From NCBI GenBank assembly GCA_964016885.1, contig OZ024757.1, positions 17,856,001-17,920,000 on the forward strand: a stretch of DNA of 64,000 nt, in the 5' to 3' direction. This stretch comes from Eledone cirrhosa (lineage: Eukaryota). Below are positions 23,160 to 35,443 of this stretch, in pieces (within the stretch, counting starts at the first letter, position 1; every line of letters begins with the position of its first letter). A model generated the notes under the pieces. The model did not search any database, was not told the DNA's origin, and was given only the letters and a program-made list of their open reading frames with translations. The translations under genes were made by a program, and so were the position numbers.

Positions 23160-25337
23160 GGAAAGGTAACAGATGATAAAACATGTCTTGAAGACATGTG
23201 ACTTAGTAGGAAAGGTAATAGATGATAAAACAGGTCTTGAAGACATGTGGCTTAGTAGGAAAGGTAATAGATGATAAAACAGGTCTTGAAGACATGTGGC
23301 TTAGTAGGAAAGGTAATAGATGATAAAACAGATCTTGAAGACATGTGGCTTAGTAGGAAAGGTAATAGATGATAAAACAGGTCTTGAAGACATGTGGCTT
23401 AGTAGGAAAGGTAATAGATGATAAAACAGGTCTTGAAGACATGTGGCTTAGTAGGAAAGGTAATAGATGATAAAACAGGTCTTGAAGACATGTGGCTTAG
23501 TAGGAAAGGTAATAGATGATAAAACAGGTCTTGAAGACATGTGGCTTAGTAGGAAAGGTAATAGATGATAAAACAGGTCTTGAAGACATGCGGCTTAGTA
23601 GGAAAGGTAATAGATGATAAAACATGTCTTGAAGACATGTGGCTTAGTAGGAAAGGTAATAGATGATAAAACAGCTCTTGAAGACATGTGGCTTAGTAGG
23701 AAAGGTAATAGATGATAAAACAGGTCTTGAAGACATGTGGCTTAGTAGGAAAGGTAATAGATGATAAAACAGGTCTTGAAGACATGTGGCTTAGTAGGAA
23801 AGGTAATAGATGATAAAACAGCTCTTGAAGACATGTGGCTTAGTAGGAAAGGTAATAGATGATAAAACAGGTCTTGAAGACATGTGGCTTAGTAGGAAAG
23901 GTAATAGATGATAAAACAGGTCTTGAAGACATGTGGCTTAGTAGGAAAGGTAATAGATGATAAAACAGGTCTTGAAGACATGCGGCTTAGTAGGAAAGGT
24001 AATAGATGATAAAACATGTCTTGAAGACATGTGGCTTAGTAGGAAAGGTAATAGATGATAAAACAGCTCTTGAAGACATGTGGCTTAGTAGGAAAGGTAA
24101 TAGATGATAAAACATGTCTTGAAGACATGCGGCTTAGTAGGAAAGGTAATAGATGATAAAACATGTCTTGAAGACATGTGGCTTAGTAGGAAAGGTAATA
24201 GATGATAAAACAGGTCTTGAAGACATGCGGCTTAGTAGGAAAGGTAATAGATGATAAAACATGTCTCGAAGACATGTGGCTTAGTAGGAAAGGTAATAGA
24301 TGATAAAACAGCTCTTGAAGACATGTGGCTTAGTAGGAAAGGTAATAGATGATAAAACAGGTCTTGAAGACATGCGGCTTAGTAGGAAAGGTAATAGATG
24401 ATAAAACAGGTCTTGAAGACATGTGGCTTAGTAGGAAAGGTAATAGATGATAAAACAGCTCTTGAAGACATGTGGCTTAGTAGGAAAGGTAATAGATGAT
24501 AAAACAGCTCTTGAAGACATGTGGCTTAGTAGGAAAGGTAATAGATGATAAAACAGGTCTTGAAGACATGTGGCTTAGTAGGAAAGGTAATAGATGATAA
24601 AACAGCTCTTGAAGACATGTGGCTTAGTAGGAAAGGTAATAGATGATAAAACAGCTCTTGAAGACATGTGGCTTAGTAGGAAAGGTAATAGATGATAAAA
24701 CAGGTCTTGAAGACATGCGGCTTAGTAGGAAAGGTAATAGATGATAAAACATGTCTCGAAGACATGTGGCTTAGTAGGAAAGGTAATAGATGATAAAACA
24801 GCTCTTGAAGACATGTGGCTTAGTAGGAAAGGTAATAGATGATAAAACAGGTCTTGAAGACATGTGGCTTAGTAGGAAAGGTAATAGATGATAAAACAGG
24901 TCTTGAAGACATGCGGCTTAGTAGGAAAGGTAATAGATGATAAAACATGTCTTGAAGACATGTGGCTTAGTAGGAAAGGTAATAGATGATAAAACAGGTC
25001 TTGAAGACATGTGGCTTAGTAGGAAAGGTAATAGATGATAAAACAGCTCTTGAAGACATGTGGCTTAGTAGGAAAGGTAATAGATGATAAAACAGCTCTT
25101 GAAGACATGTGGCTTAGTAGGAAAGGTAATAGATGATAAAACAGGTCTTGAAGACATGTGGCTTAGTAGGAAAGGTAATAGATGATAAAACAGCTCTTGA
25201 AGACATGTGGCTTAGTAGGAAAGGTAATAGATGATAAAACAGGTCTTGAAGACATGCGGCTTAGTAGGAAAGGTAATAGATGATAAAACAGCTCTTGAAG
25301 ACATGTGGCTTAGTAGGAAAGGTAATAGATGATAAAA
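23160..25337. repeat. 49-bp tandem repeat, ~44 copies
   Basis: Unit GGTCTTGAAGACATGTGGCTTAGTAGGAAAGGTAATAGATGATAAAACA; variants CAGG/CAGC/CATG and TGTGG/TGCGG. Confidence 0.97.
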
Positions 25338-25434
25338 TACAAGAAAATCAACAGCAACACTAGATAATGTCAGCTTCAATTTGCTTCATTCCATTATTAG
25401 GGAAAAAATAAAGAAAGAAAGGAATAACAATAAT

Positions 25435-25650
25435 AATGCTTTCTACTTTAGACACAAGGTCAACAATTTTGGGGAAAGGGGAAGTCAATTAAATCGACCC
25501 CAGTGCGTTACTGGTACTTTATTTTTTTTGACCCCGTAAGGATGAAAGGCAAAGCTAACATCAGCAAGATTTGAACTCAGAACGTAAAGGACCATAACTC
25601 CATGCTGCAATGCATGGTGTTTGACACTGTATCGATCCTGCCAATCCACC
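25435..25650 (-). mobile_element. SINE family A, older variant
   Basis: Diverged head and core, long-tail form. Confidence 0.8.
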
Positions 25651-25890
25651 ACCACCACCACCACCATACCACCACCACCACCACCACCACCACCACCATC
25701 ACCACTACCACCACCACTACCACAACCACGACCATCACCACCACCACTACACCACCACTACACCACCACCACCACCACCACCACTACACCACCACCACCA
25801 CCACTACCACCACCACTACCACCAGCACCACCAGCACCACCACTACCAACACCACTACCACTACACCCCCACAACCACTACCACCACCAC
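25646..25890. repeat. (CCA/CTA)n microsatellite
   Basis: Visible directly. Confidence 0.95.
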
Positions 25891-26479
25891 ATTAATGGAG
25901 TTAACGATAATTATAGTGGAGTCCAGCGCTGCAGAGCTCGCCCCAATCCTTTAGTGATGGTGTTACAAGAAAAATGCTGGTGGAAGTGCAACCTTAAACT
26001 CAATAATCCTCTTTATGAGTGCTTAAATGTCAAACCTAAATAGTTCAAATAATGGTATAAATGAGGCTAGAACTTCATGAAGGGCTCTCACCCGGCTAGT
26101 GATCCCTGGCCCAGCAGCAGGGACCCGGCTATTATCCAACTACTGCTGGTGTCGGAGGAAGAAGGAAAGAAACAAGAACCAACTGGTCGAAGGAATTGAA
26201 TAAATATAATCTAATCTGGCCGAGTTTACACTTGCAAATAAGAAGAACCAGGGCCGCTCCTAGGAGTATTGGATTTGGCGTACTTCATACTTGTTTCGGT
26301 TGCTGAATACAAACAGGGGTCGCTGCTTCTCATGAAATTCAATAGTTCTCTTCTAACCCGAGCAGGAGCGCCTTTCCATTGTGAATTTGCATTGATCATC
26401 TGCAAAGCTACATTGTTCTCAGAACCTCTACACCAGTCTTTCGATGCGTGCAGCTGGAACTACTGCCACCCATTGATTT

Positions 26480-26632
26480 GGCAGGATCGCAACTCATTTC
26501 TACAGCTGAGTAAACTTGAGCAACGTGAAATAAAGTGTCTTCCTCAAGAACACAACACACCAAGCGGTCCGAGAATCGAACTCGCAACCTTTCGATTGCA
26601 AGCTCAATGCTCTGACCACTAAGCCATGCGCC
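26480..26632 (-). mobile_element. tRNA-derived SINE family B (CORE-like)
   Basis: Head GGCGCATGGCTTAGTGG...GAGTTCGATTC, then TGTGTTCTTGAGGAAGACACTTTATTTCAC; homologous to 39640-39950. Confidence 0.8.
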
Positions 26633-27060
26633 TTCACAATTGAATAAAACTGTAATGAAATTTTATCCGAAAAGTGAAAGAAAGGCTATAGGAAACGAAT
26701 GCATAAAACCTCGAACGCTATTGGTCTGTTTGAATTAGGTGAACAAACACTAGAGTGTCAGTCTCGTGTAATAATAAATAATGGATTGATAGTCGAGTTT
26801 GAATTAGAGAAACCGAGTAGAGAGATTAAGATGGAAATGGAAAGTGGAGTAGATCAGGCAAATGAGCCTGTAGAAAATGAGGGTAAGTGGGTGTGAGACC
26901 TGAGGCAGATAACAAGGGCAATAAAATGATGGAGATGATAATAACTGAATATATAAGGAGATTTAAAATAAAACTAAACTCACATCTGAATAGAACAATA
27001 AATTCCCGAACTGTGTCTATCATTAAATGGAATGTCAGAGAAATTAATGACTACCTATAG

Positions 27061-27262
27061 CTGGCATGTAAAACTGCGGGTCCCCCGAGGGCCACACGGG
27101 TCCCATTTGTGTTGTCTGGGGGCCACACACAGCAACTAATTTGCACACATTACAACTCATTTTTTAAATTTTATGTTACGAAGATAAAACATGCTCACGC
27201 TATAAAAACCTTTGTGTGAGCTACAGATGTGCTTATAAAGGGCCGCATGTTTGACATGCCTG
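27061..27262. mobile_element. hAT-type MITE
   Basis: TIRs CTGGCATGTAAAAC / GTTTGACATGCCTG with subterminal GCGG(G)CCC; 8-bp flanks ACCTATAG/GCCTACAG match at 6 of 8. Confidence 0.65.
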
Positions 27263-27524
27263 GCCTACAGTTTGTTTCATAAAAGGGTGATGTTGATAGA
27301 TCTAAAGAAAGCAGAAAGTGGGAGGAATCTTATCAACATGGTAAACTGTGTTCAAATAAAGAAGAGCTGTTTACATGTGTCTGAACGAGCCATTGCTGTA
27401 TTGAAGGGGGAGATAATAGAGCAGGGGATGCCTAAGAAATATATCACGAAAAACCTTTGTAATCTTTGCGCATCCAGGAACAACGCGTTCAACTTCCTGC
27501 AATCGGGACTCTTTCTATGAAGAC

Positions 27525-28150
27525 TATCTAGAGCGACTCCACAGATCACAAAGTTATGGTCCATTTTAGTTGACTACATTGAATTGTGGACAACCAACAC
27601 TAGACTTATCTATTTCCATACAGAAAACCACACCTAGATACATCCTTATGCGAGTAGTCCATGTCCACATTGGCACATTCGGGAAATCCAGCCGGTACCT
27701 ATAAGACAGTTGGAAGTATCTGATCAGGTTGTTACATCCTCCTCCCCTAGCTGCTTGTCCCACACAGTCCCAGCGTGCAATATACCGTTCCAGTCGACCA
27801 CTAACACTAAAGAGTGGGACGTTCCTAGACGGCTACTAACCTGAAGACATGTTTTACACTGCTGCTTACACCCATCACCATTAACTTACCTTCTGGATCC
27901 AGGAAGATGGTCCATATCACCAGATCCAGGACTTTCCGACATAACAGCGCCTCCACACCCAAAACAGAGACAGTTTGGATATGCGTACACTTCATAGCCG
28001 CCGAAAATGTGTGTGAAAGTTTGTGCGTGATAGCTACCACATCTATGTCCAATGACCTGAGGTCGTTTAGCAGGTGACCTTGTTTACAAGGCGACCCCAG
28101 GCCACAAACATGCATTCTATCAATCGTGAGTGAGGTCATGTTCGCTGAAC
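27525..28150 (-). mobile_element. Tx1/L1-clade APE endonuclease fragment (same family as 14.9-15.6 kb)
   Basis: LLNDLRSLDIDVVAI, LDPEGKL, FRLVAV, LDFPNVPMWTWT, GCPQF; clear DNA similarity to 15000-15540. Confidence 0.88.
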
Positions 28151-28379
28151 AGGAAGAAAAAGTGGAAAGAACCACTTACTCTAGTCTTTTGGAGGAAGTA
28201 CGGGTGCTATGTTCATCCGGCCAGTTCCTTCACAAGAATGTCTTTATTAAATCTTTTCGAGAGCAACCGGTAATGGATTTAGGCTGCCATCGGAAGGAAC
28301 CATAGGGGAACCAGAAGATAGTGGGTGCAAGTAGTTTGGATTTTAGAACTGGATAACAGTTTACATGCAGAAATAAAAG

Positions 28380-28975
28380 AAAATGTTAGAGAGACATTTA
28401 AAAAATAATAAAAATATTAAAATCCAAGCTGAATAGGAGAAAGCTAGTCACAACAACGAATATTTGGTCAGTTGAAGTGGTTAGATATAATGTGTCAATT
28501 CTCAAGTGGGCTGAAGAAGAAATACCAGAGCTAGAGAGAAAGACGAGAGAGTGGATGACATTGTATGGAGCTTTACATCCTAAAGCAAATATAAACAGAT
28601 TTTATAGGAAGAGTAAACATGTTGGTAGAGGTCTCATCAGTGTGGATTATTGTGTAGAGTGAACGATTGCAGAATATTTGGTAAACAGAGACAAATAGTT
28701 GTTGCAATATGCATCAGAAGATATGGGTATAAATGCTGATGAAATGATTGGTAAGGAAGTGTTTAATCAAAGAGTTGAAGAGATGAGAACAGACCTGGAA
28801 ATGAGAATGCATGGGCAGTTTGAAAGAAATACACAGAATGTCAAGGATAAAGCAACATGATGGTCATAGCTTAAGTAAGGTGATTTGAAGAGTACCACTG
28901 AAAGCCTTATAATTGCAGCACAAGACAAAATTCTTGCCACCAATTTGGTGAAGTATAACATTTACAGAACTTCTG
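28380..28975 (+). mobile_element. R4/Dong-like non-LTR retrotransposon fragment
   Basis: LERKTREWMTLYGALHPKANINRFY..GRGLISV, MHGQF, LKSTTESLIIAAQD; contains stops. Confidence 0.75.
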
Positions 28976-29087
28976 ACTCTCTTACATAGCTTTATAGAAA
29001 ACAAAATTACCTGGGAAATCCCCACTCATACATGGTTAATGTAAACAGAAATTAAATGAGATTTGCAGTCTCTATATTTGAGCTTAC

Positions 29088-29234
29088 CTGTAGCGGAACT
29101 CTTTTATTAACCGGTACATTCTGTAGTAGCATTTGTTCAATAGATTATTTATGATATTTCATTAACAAGATCATTTCACTAATACATTATGGGTGATATT
29201 TTGTAGATAATGATCAGTTGAATTGATTCAACAG
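29088..29234 (-). CDS. Candidate upstream exon of the DUF229 gene(s); coding part 29119-29088 (MYRLIKEFRY + AG)
   Basis: Acceptor TTTAACTTTCTCTGCAG, donor CAG|GTAAGC; ATG at 29119 has A at -3 and gives phase 2, matching the acceptors at 18810 and 8272. Confidence 0.5.
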
Positions 29235-29532
29235 CTGCAGAGAAAGTTAAAAACATCTGACTTAGAGCGAAATTATCAAAACTTACTTTCAAAGCATACA
29301 TTGATTTTGAGAGGTAACTTGTAACTTTTTCACATGTCATTGTTGTTCAATAGCCTTAACTGTCATCCAGTATTTTTCAATACCGAACAGGGGAGAAAAT
29401 GTCATGAGATATGAATTTGGACTTAGTTAAACACGTTATACATATGAATAGAAACAAAATAGGAACTAAACTTGAAAGAGACAATATTACATATATTAGT
29501 AAAATAATAGCTATTGTAAATACAATATACTG

Positions 29533-29577
<45 letters not shown>

Positions 29578-29779
29578 CTATATATATATATAGAGGGATT
29601 GACAGAGAGAGAGAGAGAGAGGGAGAGAGAGAGAGAGAGAGAGGGAGAGAATGTTTGTCAAGTATAAGTTCAACTGTAAATGGTTTAACGATGTCGTTTA
29701 ATTATTTGAGTAGACAAATATAATTGCTCCTTAATTATTATCGGTGGTGAACATATGTAGATACACACACACACACACA

Positions 29780-30632
<853 letters not shown>

Positions 30633-30905
30633 GCATAGAAAGACAATGGAATTATTTTTTTTATATATAAATGTTTACCCATCCTTGATGGAAAATTGTC
30701 ATAATGGCGACAATATAAAAATAATTTAACAGAAATAGAAATAAGGAGAGAAAGGAAAAACGTTGATGATGTCTGGCCAACAATTTTAAATTCTTTACGT
30801 TGCCCGAGCATAATAAATTTTGAAACTATGTCAGACGTTGTACAAATATGGTCGATGACTAATTTATTACAAAATGGAAATGTCTCGCATTAGTTGATTT
30901 AATAT

Positions 30906-31101
30906 TTGTTTCTACTTCTTGGCCCAAGATCAGCAATTATCCCCCTACCCCGTTGCATTACTGGTACTTTATTTTATTGACCCCCCGTTTAAGATGTAAG
31001 GTTTAATTAACCTCGACGGGATTTGAACTCAGACTGTAAAGGGACGTAACTATGCTGGAAAGCATGGCGTCCAGCCTTCTACCGATATTGGCAATTCACC
31101 G
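30906..31101 (-). mobile_element. SINE family A, diverged
   Basis: Family consensus with indels. Confidence 0.8.
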
Positions 31102-31129
31102 AAAACGAGTTGAATTAATATTGATTTGT

Positions 31130-31700
31130 AGGAAGGGAGGAGTGATAGAGGGAGGAGAGAGAGGGGGAGAGGGGGGATGAGGGGGAGATGGAGGAATGGG
31201 AAAGAGATGGAAGGGAAGGTGAGAAAGGGAGAAGAGAGGGGGAGAGGAAGGTGATATAGATGGAGGAAGGAGCGAGGGAGAGAGGAGATTGAAAGGGGAA
31301 GAGGAGATAGAAGGTGAGATAGAGGGTGGGAGGAGAGATAGAGGGAGGGAGGAGAGATGGAGGGAGGGAGGGAGGAGAGATAGAGGGAGGGAGGAGAGAG
31401 TGAGGGAGGGAGGAAGGTGAAAGAGGGAGAGTATAGAGTGTGAGTATAGAGTATAGATGGAGAGGAAAGAGGAAGAGAGTAAAGAGAGAGTGAGGTAAAA
31501 GAGTGAGAGGATAGAGAGAGAGAGGGAGGTGAGAGAGTGAGAGGATAGAGAGAGGGGGAGGTGAGAGAGTGAGGTAAGAGAGTGAGAAGATAGAGAGAGG
31601 GGGAGGTGAGAGAGTGAGGTAAGAGAGTGATAGGATAGAGAGAGGGGGAGGTGAGAGAGTGAGAGGATAGAGAGAGGGGAAGTAGGAGAGGGAGGAGAAA
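31130..31700. repeat. GA-rich polypurine tract
   Basis: Almost C-free plus strand with GAGAGTGAG/GATAGAGAGAGGGGGAGGT sub-repeats. Confidence 0.9.
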
Positions 31701-31764
31701 ACAATAGTCAAGTACTAAGGGTTCAATATATTTATAGATACAAATGATACTTTGCTTCATAAAG

Positions 31765-32340
31765 ATAATTGTTTCTACTTTAGGCACAAGGCCAGCAATT
31801 ACTCAGTACATTACTGGTACTTTATTTTATCGACCCCGTAAGGATGAAAGGCAAAGTCAACCTCGGCGGGATTTGAACTCAGATCGTAAAGGGACGTAAC
31901 TATGCTGGAAAGCATGGCGTCCGACCCTCTACCGATACTGCCAATCCACTCATAAAGATAATGGCGGTGATTTGGCAGTATCGGTAGAGGGTCGGACGCC
32001 ATGCTTTCCAGCATAGTTACGTCCCTTTACGATCTGAGTTCAAATCCCGTCGAGGTTAACTTTGCCTTTCATCCTTACGGGGTCGATAAAATAAAGTACC
32101 AGTAATGTACTGGGTAATTGCTGGCCCTGTGCCAAAAGTAGAAACAATTATTAAGGGTGGTGGATTGGCAGTATCGGTAGAGGGTCGGATGCCATGCTTT
32201 CCAGCATAGTTACGTCCCTTTACGATCTGAGTTCAAATCCCGTCGAGGTTAACTTTGCCTTTCATCCTTACGGGGTCGATAAAATAAAGTACCAGTAATG
32301 CACTGGGTAATTGCTGGCCTTGTGCCAAACGTAGAAACAA
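31765..32340. mobile_element. Cluster of three family A SINEs (31765-31949 minus, 31966-32150 plus, 32158-32340 plus)
   Basis: Three near-identical full copies; the first two are head to head. Confidence 0.92.
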
Positions 32341-32435
32341 ATATATTTATAGATACAAATGATACTTTTGCTTCATAAAGAATAGAAGTTTTATTAATAA
32401 AAAAATTTTAAAAATCAGAAACAAATCTATTTCAA

Positions 32436-32865
32436 CGCTGCAGGCTTCCCTTCCCAGCTCGAGCCGGTGGTGCTGGATCGAGGTCGGCAAAAGGCCAGAT
32501 CGCATGACCATCTTCCCGTTCCGCGGTGGCAAACCCCTCGTCTGGGATGCCACTTGCATCGACACTTTCTGCAGCCACAACCTGGTGCAGTCTGCGACTG
32601 ACCCAGGTTCTGCTGAGGGGGCCAAACTCCTCAAATACCGGTCGCTCTCCGACAGGTTTGTGGTCGTTCCCCTGGCAGTGGAGACTTCTGGTGTCCTCGG
32701 CCCCAGGGCTACCTCCTTACTCACCACCATAGGCTCTGAGCTGGCCAGCCGCAGGTGTGAGCTCCGGGAGTTGGAGTGGCTTTTCCAGCGCGCCTCCCTT
32801 GCCATCCACCGGGGAAACGCCTTCTCCATTCTGTCCGCCGGTGCTGTGGGTGGGCCCCATCGCCT
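32436..32865 (+). mobile_element. CRE-like non-LTR retrotransposon 3' fragment (restriction-like endonuclease)
   Basis: GKRPDRMTIFPFRGGKPLVWDATCIDT...KLLKY...FVVVPLAVETSGVLG...LFQRASLAIHRGNA. Confidence 0.85.
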
Positions 32866-32931
32866 ATCATTTTTGTAAATATGACAACAATCTATCCAAC
32901 TAACATCATTAACTGTATTATTGTGTTTCAA

Positions 32932-33037
32932 ATAATTGTTTCTACTTTTGGCATAAGGCCAGCAATTATCCAGTACATTACTGGTACTTTATTTTATCGA
33001 CCCCGTAAGGATGAAAGGCAAAGTTAACCTCGACGGG
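32932..33037 (-). mobile_element. SINE family A, 5'-truncated
   Basis: Core and tail only. Confidence 0.85.
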
Positions 33038-33169
33038 TGTTTCTACTTTAGGCACAAAGCAACAACACAAAAGATATTTAAAACGGAAAGTGAAGAAAAA
33101 GGCAAGACCTCTAGGGTAACAGAAGAATGTAAGGGGCAAGAGGAGGATAATGGGGTCTAGACCTAAGGC

Positions 33170-34520
33170 GCGGTGGTGTTGGGCTGCACCCCGCGGACAA
33201 AACCGTAAAAGCATTTCCGTGGAAAATGGCCGCTACAACAGCCACACCACCTCACGGCTCCCCTTCTTCAGATCTTGCGGAGAAGCTCGGCAGTAGGGGG
33301 TCCAAGTTAGACTGAGCTCTCCACGGCGACAGTTGTGAAGAGAAAGCGGCCGGACAAGCCCCGGTATTTGTTTGTCTTCCTGTCCTCTGTGTTGCAGTAC
33401 CAGGATTTGAGCCCGAAGTGACTAAGTTGGAGGCGGAGAACGTGTCGCAAAATGTGGTGTCCCAGATGAGAGAGTTACCTCCTTCGAATGGGATGAGGGT
33501 AATTCCGCCGAGGCAGTTGCCGTCTCCGTGATCTAGGCCTGTTGACTCCAGTTGTGATGGGAAGCCAGCTACGTCCAGTTTCTTTCTCAATATGTCGTTG
33601 GGAGTGGCATGTCCGGGGAACCGGCCTGCGCTCTTGCGACAAGACAGTGACTGTAGGCCGAACTTGTCACCGACAGTTCCTCAAGGGTATTTATGTGGCT
33701 CACATGCGAGGAGGTCGAGGCGTTTGGCCAACTCTGATGCGAGTCATCAAGAAGGTTACCGGCTGATGAGGGGGGGGGGGGGGTACCGAATTGAGTCATG
33801 CCTCGCTGTTTGGTTTTGAAGCGGTATTGGTCCAAGACAGTCTTGATCCGCCTGAAGGAAGACTTGCACTTGATGTCGTCCCAGTTATGTTGGACTTTTG
33901 TATAATGAGGGTACCTATTTCGAGCTCTGGGGCCATGTCAGGTTCAGCTATCTTGCTCAGTATCTCGCTAACAAGATCGCAAAAGGAGGAGGCTGAGGAG
34001 AGGTAGACCGGTAGAGCAAGATACGAAGCAGATCGAAGGGCGAGGTTACCAGACCTCGCTGGAAGTTTCGCCTGTTGCCAGCCGGCCCTGTCGAAGTTGA
34101 CATTGCAGATGAGTTCTGCACAGCGTCGAATGATGGCGTCGAGTTCACTGAGAAAATCTGCTTGGGGGCGACAAGGTGTACTGCGCCGTGTGAAGAGAAA
34201 TTTGAGGAGGGCGAAGAAGTTTCTCAAGAAGAAGAGCGCCGGGTGAGCAGCAATGAGACGCAGCCTCTCTGCTATTCGGAACAAGTTTGCATGCTTGGTC
34301 TCCAGGCACTCACTTATTCCTTTAGAGAGAATTGGGGAGCCGAGAATGCATGCAGCATCTTTGGGCGTAATCCAGGTACCGGACAGGACGGGATGGGTGC
34401 TGATTAGGGTGTCGTGGAGTTCGGCATCACCGTAGCTAACGTTTGTCACCTCGGACTTGGATGGATTAATCACAGGTCCGTGGAGCTTTAGAAATGGCTT
34501 GATTTACCGAAGGTGTTCAA
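33170..34520 (-). mobile_element. CRE-like non-LTR retrotransposon fragment (RT C-terminus to RLE), degraded
   Basis: INPSKSEV, ILGSPI, HPALFFLRN, WQQAKLPARSGNLALRSA, GITLIPFEGGNSLIWDTTFCDT; frameshifted. Confidence 0.82.
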
Positions 34521-34822
34521 CTGTGGATTTGCGAGCTTATATGTGCAAAGACACACTTAAAGACATATTGAAACAATTGTAATATGCAAATAAAGTTGGT
34601 ACATATGCTGCAACACTGGCTTCGATTCTTTTAAATCTATTTACACTCTGCACACCACAGCTGTTACACTGGAATACAACCCAAACAAAACAGACCTCGT
34701 ACAGCATCGAGTGCTTCGACGGCGTGCCGCTTGTAACTGTTGTTACACACCTAACTAATATATATATATATATATATATTAATTCAAAATATTAACAAAA
34801 TAGATATTCTTGTGATCAATTA

Positions 34823-34889
34823 TATTTTATTATATATATTTCGGAGGTACTGAGTTAAGTTGAACAGTACGTCCTCATCAGATAAAATA
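34823..34889 (-). ncRNA. Minimal type I hammerhead ribozyme
   Basis: TATTTTAT-CTGATGA-GGACGTACTG..CAGTACCTCC-GAAA-TATATA-TA-ATAAAATA: 8-bp stem I, stem II with one mismatch, palindromic mini stem III. Confidence 0.8.
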
Positions 34890-35258
34890 AAATGATACAT
34901 GACATACCCTGACAAAACCTTTTCTGTTGGAAAACCTTTTTCGTTGAGTGCTTCCAATCTATTGTAAAGGTAATCTAAATTTAATTAAATTAAAATAAAA
35001 TAAAATAAAATAAAATAAAGTAAGTTAAATTAAATTATATTATATTAAGTAAATGAGTATATAAGTTCGACCTATCAGGGAATATCAAACACTTATAACA
35101 ATATAAAGTCATATGAGTGTCTAAATTATTTATAAATGTAACTACGATTATGTTGTTACACTAGATAAATATATTTGTATAACTATAAAGAGATATTATT
35201 ATAGGTATTAATGAAACGGTATACATTTAATAAAAATAATAATTATAATCATTATTAT

Positions 35259-35443
35259 GGTGGATTGGCAGTATCGGTAGAGGGTCGGACGCCATGCTTT
35301 CCAGCATAGTTACGTCCCTTTACCATCTGAGTTCAAATCCCGCCGAGGTTGACTTTGCCTTTCATCCTTACGGGGTCGATAAATTAAAGTACCAGTAATG
35401 CACTGGTAATTGCTGGCCTTGTGCCTAAAGTAGAAACAATTAT
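35259..35443 (+). mobile_element. SINE family A
   Basis: Full-length consensus copy. Confidence 0.9.

Noticed and set aside
23160-25337. 49-bp unit as a tandem hammerhead (TTGAAGA...GAAA)
   Set aside because: The core lacks C3 and no stem I, II or III pairing can be drawn.
25602-26043. polyT/polyP/polyH ORFs
   Set aside because: (CCA)n microsatellite.
26560-26632. tRNA gene
   Set aside because: tRNA-like SINE head followed by a SINE body; no complete cloverleaf. The same applies to family A heads.
31050-31787. Ser/Leu/Pro-rich ORFs of ~200-245 aa
   Set aside because: Open in all three frames because the CT-rich strand lacks stop codons.
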